Source: Allobaculum fili (GTDB taxonomy: Bacteria > Bacillota_I > Bacilli_A > Erysipelotrichales > Erysipelotrichaceae). From it: DNA of 11,682 bases. A program made the position numbers and the translations under genes. The notes below the pieces were generated by a model, which did no database searches, had not been told where the DNA came from, and saw nothing but the letters and a program-made list of their open reading frames with translations. Shown in pieces: positions 1-6,945 of this stretch. Every line of letters begins with the position of its first letter. Position 1 is the stretch's first letter. The DNA is taken from the NCBI RefSeq assembly GCF_020969955.1, contig NZ_JAHDSX010000060.1, positions 1 to 11,682 of the forward strand, written 5' to 3'.

Positions 1-125
1 GTGTTCGTAAATCGATGTATTTGAAAACTGTCATCTGAGTATGCACTTTCTAGTCCTCCATTACGGAGTACGATACAAGTCAGGTGGCCCAGTTTTCAAA
101 TCCGATTTTCGCTTTTTTGGACCAG

Positions 126-329
126 TTATAAACTACAAAAAACATGCGATCCGCTGGTATAACCGAGATGCGAATCAAGTTCTCCCTGGAGCATCTGTTC
201 AAGGACAGGGCCAAATATTTCCCTGATGAGGTCTGAGGCTTCTTTAAACGTCTTAGGTTTGTATTCCTTAACGATGGTTGAAGCAATCTGTTCCTGAAGG
301 GTTGGTGCAGCTTTAGCTTTACGTGGCAT
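126..329 (-). pseudogene. IS256-family (Mutator-type) transposase, decayed 5' fragment
   Basis: The ORF starts MPRKAKAAPTLQEQIA...FGPVLEQMLQGELDSHLGY. This is the N-terminal pattern (E-x-E-L/M-x-x-HLGY) I recognise from IS256-family transposases. An AAGGAG SD lies upstream of the ATG at 329. The frame closes after 67 codons and no frame in 1-125 continues into a DDE core, so only a broken N-terminus remains. Confidence 0.6.
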
Positions 330-391
330 AAGTGGTCTCCTTGTATAAATTTGTCAGGCTCAAGCTGATTGTATCAGTCTGATGCCTTGAT

Positions 392-420
392 GGAATTTAC
401 ACAAAAGACCTTACACTCTC
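392..420 (-). mobile_element. Candidate terminal inverted repeat / left end of the IS256-like element
   Basis: The minus strand reads GAGAGTGTAAGGTCTTTTGTGTAAATTCC about 65-90 nt upstream of the transposase ATG. It contains TTGTGTAAA, as in the IS256 IRL as I recall it. The exact boundary was not determined. Confidence 0.35.
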
Positions 421-422
421 AG

Positions 423-453
423 GGCTGGCTCCATGTGAGGGTGGAGTCAGTCC
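423..453. terminator. Imperfect hairpin between the hsdR 3' end and the IS end (possible weak terminator)
   Basis: GGCTGGCTCCA (423-433) pairs with TGGAGTCAGTCC (442-453): 11 bp with one G-T wobble and one bulge. Only TTT follows on the plus strand and there is no U-run on the minus strand, so a terminator function is uncertain. Confidence 0.25.
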
Positions 454-535
454 TTTGGTCGTTATTTCGCAAAATCTATCAGACATTCTTTCCTGCAGAA
501 AGGAAAAATACTAATAATATTTCTAATGCACTGGT

Positions 536-3500
536 TTACAAATATTGAGACAAATTGTTCGCCATTAGTTCTGCTTGAGAAAGAACCAGATCAATCGCAC
601 CAGGAATTTCTTCAGGTGGATAATGGTACTTCCTCAAAAGACGTCTAATATTTTTGCGGATTCCGGCTCTGGCACTTTCTTTGCGTTGCCAGTCAATCGA
701 GACACTATGCCGAAGAATATCCGTGAGCTCTTTTGCAATCTGTACCAGTTGGTCGTTTTCATAAAAGTCTTTTACCGCTTCCGGCTTGCAGAGAGCATCA
801 TAGAAAGCGACTTCTTCAATAGATAAACCCAGATCATTTCCTGCCTGACTGGCATTCCTGATATCTTGGGCCATCCGCATCAATTCCTCAATCACTTCTT
901 CATTCGTTATCAACCCATTCACATAGGAATTTAACGCTTTCTTCAAGCGATCAGAAAACTCTTCTGATTTAACAACATTAGTTCTTTTGAAGCCACGGAT
1001 TTCATCATTCAGTAATCTTTTCAGAAGTTCCAGGGACAGATTTTTTCCCTCCATATTTCTGATTTCCTCTAAGAAGTCAGTATCAAAAAGTGAAAATTCT
1101 TCCCCACGATCTGAGAAAAGGCTTACCACACCCTCACTCTTGATCGTCTGTTTCAGAAGTTCATTAATTTGAGCGTTCACTTCTTTCAAAGACAGCCTGC
1201 CCGAAGCACCGGAAGTCGAAATCCGATTTAAAAGCGTTTTTGCAGCGATAAAATAACCCGCTTCTCTTTGTTGTTTATCATCAACCAAACTGCTGCACAG
1301 AGAGAGAGACTGCTTCAAACGCTGGGCTTCCTTGATAAATTTGAACTGTGCTCTTTCTTTTTCTGGAATATTCATTTCTTGATGGGTTAAATCCATGATG
1401 TGATTCACTCCACCAGTGATTGCTCTTCCTTTTTCCAAATCCGTACCTTGCAAAAAGGACTTATAGTCGTACCCTTTGAATAAGTCTCTACAGCTGAATA
1501 GAGCCTCTTCAAATATAGGAAGTGCCTTTTTCTTAATATCTGGGTCACCAAAATTCTTCTGGTCGCTCTTGGTATAGTCCTTCATTGCTTGCTTTAATGC
1601 GGAGGCAATACCAATATAATCGACTACAAGTCCGCCCTCTTTATCCCCGAAGACACGATTCACTCTGGCAATCGCCTGCATCAGGTTATGGCCGCTCATT
1701 GGTTTAAAAACATACATAGTAGCCAAGGATGGAACATCAAAACCCGTGAGCCACATATCACGAACAATCGCGATTTTGAAATCAGACTCATTATCTTTGA
1801 ACTCTTTTGCCAAATCCGCTCGATACTTATCCGTACCCGTATATTCGTGCCACTCTTCTGGATCTTTATTACTTCCAGTCATTACAATCTTGACCTTTTT
1901 ATCCCAGGTAGGTTCAAGCTCCAGCATCTTATGGTAAAGCTTCACAGCAATTTCTCTGGAGTAAGCAACGATCAGCGCTTTCCCAGTCAATAAATTTTCA
2001 CGATTTTCTTTGTAGTGATCAATAATATCTCTTGCTAGAGAGTCAATCGTTTCATCACTGCCAAGAATAGCCTCCATATTGCTAAGTTCTTTTTTGCTTT
2101 TATCAATTGTGATCTCATCTGCCTCAGCAGCCAACATATCGTACGTGTTGTCGATTCTTCGAAGAGTCTCTTCATCGAGTTTAAGCTTCATAACCCGGCT
2201 TTCATAGTAAACCGGTCTGGTCGCACCATCTTCAACAGCTTGAGTCATGTCGTAAATATCAATATAGTCTCCGAACACAGCTCTCGTGTCTTTATCTTCA
2301 GAATCAATTGGCGTTCCAGTGAAGCCGATATAGGTCGCATTTGGAAGACTATCGCGAACTTTTTTGGCTGCCCCAATCACCGTTTTTGCAAGAACATTCC
2401 CGTATTGATCCTTGGTCGTTACAAATTTTTCAGTAAGACCGTATTGACTACGATGGGCCTCATCCGCCATAACAATAATATTTTTCCGTTTAGATAGAGC
2501 TCCCCATTCTTCTTCGAATTTGGCCATAGTGGTAAAGATGATACCGCCACTTTGTCTATTATTTAAAAGCTCATATAGATTTTCTCTAGAGGTGGCCTGA
2601 ACAGGCGTTTGACGCAGGAACTTATGACAATCCGAGAAGGTCTTAAATAGCTGATCGTCAAGATCACGGCGATCAGTAAGGACAACAAAAGTTGGATCAT
2701 CCATTTGCTGGTCTAATAAATGAGTATAGAAAACCATAGACAGCGACTTACCGCTGCCTTGAGTATGCCAAAATACTCCCCCTCGTCCGTCTGTTTTTGA
2801 AGCCAGCATCGTGGAATGAACGGCTTTCTCAACGGCAAAATACTGATGATATCCAGCCAGAGTCTTGATTAGCCGACCACCAGGCGTCATGAATAAAATG
2901 AAGTTTTTCAGAATATTCAGGAAACGATCCTTCTGGAAAATGCCCGTAAAAAAGGTTTCAAAGTTTGCAAACTTCGTGTTTTCATAATTTCCATCTGTCG
3001 TTTTCCAGTCCATATAACGGTCTTCATTGCTCGAGATTGTACCAGCTCGTGAAACCAACATATCGGACATCACGCAAATTTGATTATAGTTAAATAAGCA
3101 GGGGATATCCAGCATATAATTGCGCAGCTGAACATATCCCTCAGAAGCACCTGTTTCATCCCGTGATGGCGATTTGAGCTCGATCACAACTAATGGCATT
3201 CCGTTTACAAACAGGACAAGATCTGGCCTTTTCTTTTTAAATTCTTCTACAGTGAACTGATTCACGATGAGAAAAGAGTTGTTCTGTACATCGTTATAAT
3301 CGATCAAATGAACCAGATCATTTTTCATTTCACCATTTCGATAGTAGGAGACTCTCAGCCCATTCTGCAGATAGTCTGTAAATTGTTCATTCCTGGTTTC
3401 AAGAGAACCGACCTCCAAATTCCGAATTTTGACTACTGCTTCGTCAAAGGCAGCAGCTGGAAGGTCAGGATTACACATTCGTAGTGAATCTCTTAATACC

Positions 3501-3625
3501 TCGAGAAGAAGGGGATCCCTATAATCCCGATCCATATCTGGACCATATTGATATTCATAGCCTAATTCTGACTCGAACAACTGTATCAGAGTCTTTTCAT
3601 AGGAATCTTCAGTGTATTGATTCAT
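536..3625 (-). CDS. hsdR: Type I restriction enzyme, R (restriction/translocase) subunit
   Basis: 1029-aa ORF with an AAAGGAGGG SD upstream of the ATG. It has an N-terminal PD-(D/E)xK-like nuclease motif (RPDLVLFVNGMPLVVIELK). SF2 helicase motifs are present: motif I HTQGSGKSLSM, DEAH box IIVMADEAHRSQ and motif III GFTGTP. Length and the C-terminal helical domain are typical of HsdR. Confidence 0.95.
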   Translation of the reverse strand: MNQYTEDSYEKTLIQLFESELGYEYQYGPDMDRDYRDPLLLEVLRDSLRMCNPDLPAAAFDEAVVKIRNLEVGSLETRNEQFTDYLQNGLRVSYYRNGEMKNDLVHLIDYNDVQNNSFLIVNQFTVEEFKKKRPDLVLFVNGMPLVVIELKSPSRDETGASEGYVQLRNYMLDIPCLFNYNQICVMSDMLVSRAGTISSNEDRYMDWKTTDGNYENTKFANFETFFTGIFQKDRFLNILKNFILFMTPGGRLIKTLAGYHQYFAVEKAVHSTMLASKTDGRGGVFWHTQGSGKSLSMVFYTHLLDQQMDDPTFVVLTDRRDLDDQLFKTFSDCHKFLRQTPVQATSRENLYELLNNRQSGGIIFTTMAKFEEEWGALSKRKNIIVMADEAHRSQYGLTEKFVTTKDQYGNVLAKTVIGAAKKVRDSLPNATYIGFTGTPIDSEDKDTRAVFGDYIDIYDMTQAVEDGATRPVYYESRVMKLKLDEETLRRIDNTYDMLAAEADEITIDKSKKELSNMEAILGSDETIDSLARDIIDHYKENRENLLTGKALIVAYSREIAVKLYHKMLELEPTWDKKVKIVMTGSNKDPEEWHEYTGTDKYRADLAKEFKDNESDFKIAIVRDMWLTGFDVPSLATMYVFKPMSGHNLMQAIARVNRVFGDKEGGLVVDYIGIASALKQAMKDYTKSDQKNFGDPDIKKKALPIFEEALFSCRDLFKGYDYKSFLQGTDLEKGRAITGGVNHIMDLTHQEMNIPEKERAQFKFIKEAQRLKQSLSLCSSLVDDKQQREAGYFIAAKTLLNRISTSGASGRLSLKEVNAQINELLKQTIKSEGVVSLFSDRGEEFSLFDTDFLEEIRNMEGKNLSLELLKRLLNDEIRGFKRTNVVKSEEFSDRLKKALNSYVNGLITNEEVIEELMRMAQDIRNASQAGNDLGLSIEEVAFYDALCKPEAVKDFYENDQLVQIAKELTDILRHSVSIDWQRKESARAGIRKNIRRLLRKYHYPPEEIPGAIDLVLSQAELMANNLSQYL

Positions 3626-3658
3626 GGAATCCCTCCTTTTCTAGGATTTAGCTGGTGA

Positions 3659-3671
3659 AAACAAGAATTTA
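3659..3671 (+). repeat. Core repeat copy D (AAACAAGAATTTA), intergenic between hsdS and hsdR
   Basis: A 13/14 match to the core found inside the hsdS central regions. It is in plus orientation, 5 nt beyond the hsdS stop, and is non-coding, so codon conservation cannot explain it. It is an inverted partner of copy A. Confidence 0.8.
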
Positions 3672-3676
3672 TTGGC

Positions 3677-4834
3677 TTAGAGCTCAATATTAGATATGTC
3701 AAGTTCACCGGAGAATAGTTTTGGAAGCAAGATATCTCTTAAGTTGGCAAGCTTTAAATTTTCCGCCTGATTTGCCCAAATGGTTTCAAAAAGAGGAGAA
3801 ACAACATCTGTAAATGAGTTCATTTCTTCTGCTGTTGGCACGACTATTTCTGTTTTCTGAAAATCAGGAACTGTAAGCTGTTGTTGCGTAGTCCCAGTTC
3901 CGAGAATTTTGGAGTTCCTTAACCACAGATAAAGATATTTCGCAGATACTATTTCTTTTTTCGGGACTAAGGTGATAAGCCGGACTATCGGGGTATATGG
4001 TCGATGGCGCAAGCAAACATAACCAATAGTTCCTCTCGCGGAGACCGTAATGCTTTCATCCTCAATTTTGTACCCACTTGAAAATCCATAAAGGCCTTCG
4101 TCTCTAATGCCATTAGAATAAATTGGATATGGATATTCTGTGGTTTGAACGGCAGATACAGTTTTTGGTTTATCTCCCCCAGCTCCTATTAGGGATACAT
4201 CCGCGAGAGTGGTCTTTTTCCATCCATCTCGTGATGGTCCTGGTGTGAGGAATCGACTTCTGAAAATTTCCTGTATTTGCTGTTCTAAATTCTTGTTTAT
4301 CTGATTATTGAGATCGATTTTCGCTTGCATTCGCTCAATCAAATTTATCTGCTTTTTCTGAAATTCCAAGGAAGGTAAATCAATTTCAATGTTTTTAAAG
4401 TTCTTCAATGGTTGTGCCAAAGCTGGAACACCAGTCTGGTTTTTAAATGCCAAAATTTTCGATTGCCCTTCTCTGGTGTGGAAATAATAAACAAGGTATG
4501 GAACGTATACTTGATCTTCATCAAAAGAGACGCGGAATTGTCTCTGCGAGACTAAGTATTCATTGTATTTAGAGTCTTTCGGGATATAGGCTATCTGCCC
4601 AACAGTTCCGCTAATAGTAACAACAACATCACCTTTTTTGGCGATAGATCGGCTTAATGATCGCGCCTTCTCTTCCGAAACAAATTTCGTTATATTGTCA
4701 GTCACCTTAACTCCCTTGAGATTAGCTCCATCTACGATGGGGAAACCGGATGAAGTGAAGCATTCAACTTTTAAATTCGAACCAAAAGGTCCTGCCGCGA
4801 TATCTTTAATTACCTCGTCTAATTTAATTATCAT
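3677..4834 (-). CDS. hsdS: Type I R-M specificity subunit, full length (TRD1-alpha, central helix, TRD2-alpha)
   Basis: Two TRDs are separated by the central conserved helix (...QKKQINLIERMQAKIDLNNQINKNLEQQIQEIF...). The C-terminal conserved region is RDILLPKLFSGELD. The best start is the ATG at 4834 (MIIKLDEVIKDIAAGPFG), with SD AGGAGGTG 8 nt upstream. That ATG overlaps the recombinase stop as ATGA. The GTG at 4843 given in the ORF track lies inside the SD. Confidence 0.9.
   Translation of the reverse strand: MIIKLDEVIKDIAAGPFGSNLKVECFTSSGFPIVDGANLKGVKVTDNITKFVSEEKARSLSRSIAKKGDVVVTISGTVGQIAYIPKDSKYNEYLVSQRQFRVSFDEDQVYVPYLVYYFHTREGQSKILAFKNQTGVPALAQPLKNFKNIEIDLPSLEFQKKQINLIERMQAKIDLNNQINKNLEQQIQEIFRSRFLTPGPSRDGWKKTTLADVSLIGAGGDKPKTVSAVQTTEYPYPIYSNGIRDEGLYGFSSGYKIEDESITVSARGTIGYVCLRHRPYTPIVRLITLVPKKEIVSAKYLYLWLRNSKILGTGTTQQQLTVPDFQKTEIVVPTAEEMNSFTDVVSPLFETIWANQAENLKLANLRDILLPKLFSGELDISNIEL
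4285..4300 (-). repeat. Core repeat copy A (minus strand ATAAACAAGAATTTAG) inside hsdS-alpha
   Basis: Identical over 16 bp to copy C (6459-6474, same orientation). It is the inverted complement of copy B over 15 bp and of copy D over 13 bp. It encodes I-N-K-N-L at the TRD1/TRD2 junction. Confidence 0.9.
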
Positions 4835-5817
4835 CCAATACACCTCCTATGTGAGCTTTTTACATTACTTTGTTTCACCATCGCATATTGCATGGTTGTA
4901 TCAATCCGTTCATGTCCAAGCAATTTTTGCAATTGCTCAACCGGCATACCTTTATCAATGGCTGTTGTAGCCATAGTCCTTCGAAACTTATGGGGATGGA
5001 CTTTGGTGATTCCGGCACCTTCGCCGATAGTCTTTAGTCGTGACTCTACCCCATTTATCGTCAATCTGGCATATGGCTGCTTTAATCCTACGAACAGCGC
5101 TTCTCCTCCATCTACCCGTTCAGACAAATACTTGGAAAGATGGAGCTTAGTGCGCGCATCAAAGTAGACTGGACGTTCTTTATTACCTTTACCAAATACA
5201 ATGCATTCCCTCTCGGTTAAATCAACGTCATCAATGTTAAGTTTGACAAGCTCACCAACACGCATACCTGTGGAGGCAAGCAAATCAATCATTGCCAAAT
5301 CTCTGCTGTTAGACGTTGAATCTCTCATTTTTTCGAGTTCTTCATCAGAGTAAGTGTCTTTGATCACCTTATCTGTTTTAATTTTGTGAATCCTTCTTGC
5401 TGGACTCTTTAGGATATGGTCCTCTTCTTCGAGCCAAGAAAAAAAGCTTGAGATAATTCTTCGGATATTATCGATAGTTACTTTGCTTGATCCATGTAGC
5501 TTCTGATAATCAGATAAATAAGATCGGAGATCATCAGTCATGATTCCAATAACAGGCTTACTAATCTGATCGAGCATCTTTTGAATAGTTTTTCTATAAT
5601 AATCAATCGACTTCTCAGAGCAGCCTTCGACCTGTTTGGCCGATAAAAACAAATCCAAATACTCTTCATTTTGCTTAGAAGGGTCTTCCTGATGATTTTG
5701 AGAAACATCGAACTGCGAAACTACAGCTCGAATAACAGTCTCAATCGTTTTCAACTCTCCGTAACCAAACAAACCACTCAACGCCTGGACAACACTGTTC
5801 ACTAAGATTTCCTGCAT
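4831..5817 (-). CDS. Tyrosine site-specific recombinase (phage integrase / XerC-XerD-like)
   Basis: The R-K-H-R-H-Y catalytic set is recognisable: STGMRVGEL, GKGNKER, HPHKFRRT, LGHERIDTT and TMQYA. The probable start is the ATG at 5817 (MQEILVNS...), with SD GAGGTG 6 nt upstream. The longer ORF reaching 5871 has no SD. Confidence 0.9.
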   Translation of the reverse strand: MQEILVNSVVQALSGLFGYGELKTIETVIRAVVSQFDVSQNHQEDPSKQNEEYLDLFLSAKQVEGCSEKSIDYYRKTIQKMLDQISKPVIGIMTDDLRSYLSDYQKLHGSSKVTIDNIRRIISSFFSWLEEEDHILKSPARRIHKIKTDKVIKDTYSDEELEKMRDSTSNSRDLAMIDLLASTGMRVGELVKLNIDDVDLTERECIVFGKGNKERPVYFDARTKLHLSKYLSERVDGGEALFVGLKQPYARLTINGVESRLKTIGEGAGITKVHPHKFRRTMATTAIDKGMPVEQLQKLLGHERIDTTMQYAMVKQSNVKSSHRRCIG

Positions 5818-5836
5818 AATCTTCACCTCGCCTACA

Positions 5837-6454
5837 GTGAGTATGCAAATATCAGTAGGTGGAGCAAACAAGAATTTAGAGCAGCAGGCGCAGGCTATTT
5901 ACGAAGAACTCTTCATTAAAAAAGCCAACCCGCAGTGGGAAACAGGACTTCTTTCAGATTTGGTAGAGGTTAAATACGGAAAAGATCATAAAAAGCTGGC
6001 TGATGGTGGCTATCCCGTATATGGTTCTGGTGGAATTATGCGTTATGTTGAGCGACCACTCTATTCTGGGGAGTCAGTTTTGATACCTCGTAAGGGTACA
6101 CTCAACAATGTAATGTATGTCAATGGGGCGTTTTGGTCTGTAGATACGATGTTTTACACTAAGATGCAACGCCCTAATGTGGCAAAGTTTGTTTTCCATT
6201 TTATAAAGAGTAAGGATCTTGCTTCGCTGAATGCTGGTTCTGCTGTTCCGAGTATGACAACAAACATTTTGAATGCAATGCAGCTCCGTATCCCATATGA
6301 AAAGACACTCCGAGAGTTTGAAGAACTTGTTTTACCTATGTATAAAGCCATGCAGGAAAACGAAACGCAATCCTCAAGACTGGCCTCAATAAGGGATGCT
6401 CTACTCCCTCGCCTTATGTCCGGCGAGCTGGATGTCTCGGGCATCGACCTCTAA
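5837..6454 (+). CDS. hsdS: Silent hsdS half-gene cassette (central-helix remnant, TRD2-beta, C-terminal conserved region), inverted relative to the operon
   Basis: The translation from the core onward is NKNLEQQAQAIYEELF...TRD...IRDALLPRLMSGELDVSGIDL. This parallels the second half of the 385-aa HsdS. It has no TRD1 and no SD. The nominal GTG start lies in the antisense of the recombinase 5' UTR. Confidence 0.8.
   Translation: MSMQISVGGANKNLEQQAQAIYEELFIKKANPQWETGLLSDLVEVKYGKDHKKLADGGYPVYGSGGIMRYVERPLYSGESVLIPRKGTLNNVMYVNGAFWSVDTMFYTKMQRPNVAKFVFHFIKSKDLASLNAGSAVPSMTTNILNAMQLRIPYEKTLREFEELVLPMYKAMQENETQSSRLASIRDALLPRLMSGELDVSGIDL
5866..5880 (+). repeat. Core repeat copy B (AAACAAGAATTTAGA), 49 bp upstream of the recombinase start codon
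   Basis: A plus-orientation copy at the 5' edge of the silent TRD2-beta cassette. Its codon phase is the same as in copies A and C (AAC AAG AAT TTA G). Confidence 0.9.
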
Positions 6455-6945
6455 GCCGCTAAATTCTTGTTTATGAGAGCATTGTTATCCATTTTCTCAT
6501 CTAGAGAATTCAAGATGCCGGCTATTCTTTTTTGAAGCTGAAGAGGCGGAAGATCAATTTCCTGGTTTTCCATATCTTGCTTTGTTATATGAGCCATCAC
6601 ACTTCCATGTCCGCCAGCTTGCATTCTTCGAACATTGTTTAGAAGCCAGTAATACAAATAGTATTTATCTGCTTTACTGTCATCTACCTGCAGTTTCCAA
6701 ATATGATAGTGATAAATAGATTTTGGTCCGCGATAAATTTTTGGTCCGAATGATGCTGACCAAGCAAACAACAAATCGTCATCCTCACAGTATTTATCTG
6801 ATTCAAGTTCTAAATCTGAATAGAGCATTTCTGAATTGGTAAAAAAATTACCCACTCGAAGAACTTGATATTTTCCTTTCTCTAGTAGTTCGTTTAATTT
6901 ATAGGCACGGCCATTAATCACCCGACAGACATCTTTAAATTTCAT
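6451..6945 (-). CDS. hsdS: Type I R-M specificity subunit, one-TRD (half) form: TRD1-gamma plus central helix only
   Basis: 164 aa counted from the ATG at 6945 (MKFKDVCRVINGRAY...). This start overlaps the hsdM stop by 11 nt. An alternative ATG at 6978 cannot be excluded. The protein ends ...DLPPLQLQKRIAGILNSLDEKMDNNALINKNLAA*, which is exactly at the core repeat where a second TRD would normally follow. Confidence 0.85.
   Translation of the reverse strand: MKFKDVCRVINGRAYKLNELLEKGKYQVLRVGNFFTNSEMLYSDLELESDKYCEDDDLLFAWSASFGPKIYRGPKSIYHYHIWKLQVDDSKADKYYLYYWLLNNVRRMQAGGHGSVMAHITKQDMENQEIDLPPLQLQKRIAGILNSLDEKMDNNALINKNLAA
6459..6474 (-). repeat. Core repeat copy C (minus strand ATAAACAAGAATTTAG) at the 3' end of the hsdM-linked hsdS
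   Basis: A 16-bp direct repeat of copy A and an inverted repeat of copy B. The ORF stops two codons after the core (..NKNL AA TAG). Confidence 0.9.

Noticed and set aside
41-286. ORFs 41-226(+) and 80-286(-) at the left edge
   Set aside because: They lie within or opposite the decayed transposase region. The 80-286 frame may hold faint remnants of the transposase (..SKKAKIGFEN..) after a frameshift, but this does not support an independent gene.
575-2497. Plus-strand ORFs inside hsdR (575-826, 987-1172, 1688-1993, 1746-1937, 2240-2497)
   Set aside because: All are antisense to a 1029-aa gene with clear helicase and nuclease motifs. Their translations are low-complexity (S/F/I/R-rich), lack SD sequences and show no recognisable motifs.
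3677-3740. The HsdS C-terminal conserved region (LLPKLFSGELD vs LLPRLMSGELD at 6395-6454) as a second recombination repeat
   Set aside because: The proteins are similar, but the nucleotide sequences differ at most third positions (TCCGGTGAACTTGACATA vs TCCGGCGAGCTGGATGTC). There is no extended identity to support crossover there.
4638-5167. Plus-strand ORFs 4638-4970 and 4892-5167
   Set aside because: They are antisense to the hsdS-alpha 5' end and the recombinase gene, and have no SD or motifs.
5818-5871. N-terminal extension of the recombinase ORF (MFAPPTDICILTVGEVKI...)
   Set aside because: No SD precedes 5871, whereas GAGGTG sits 6 nt before the ATG at 5817. The extension would also run through core repeat B.
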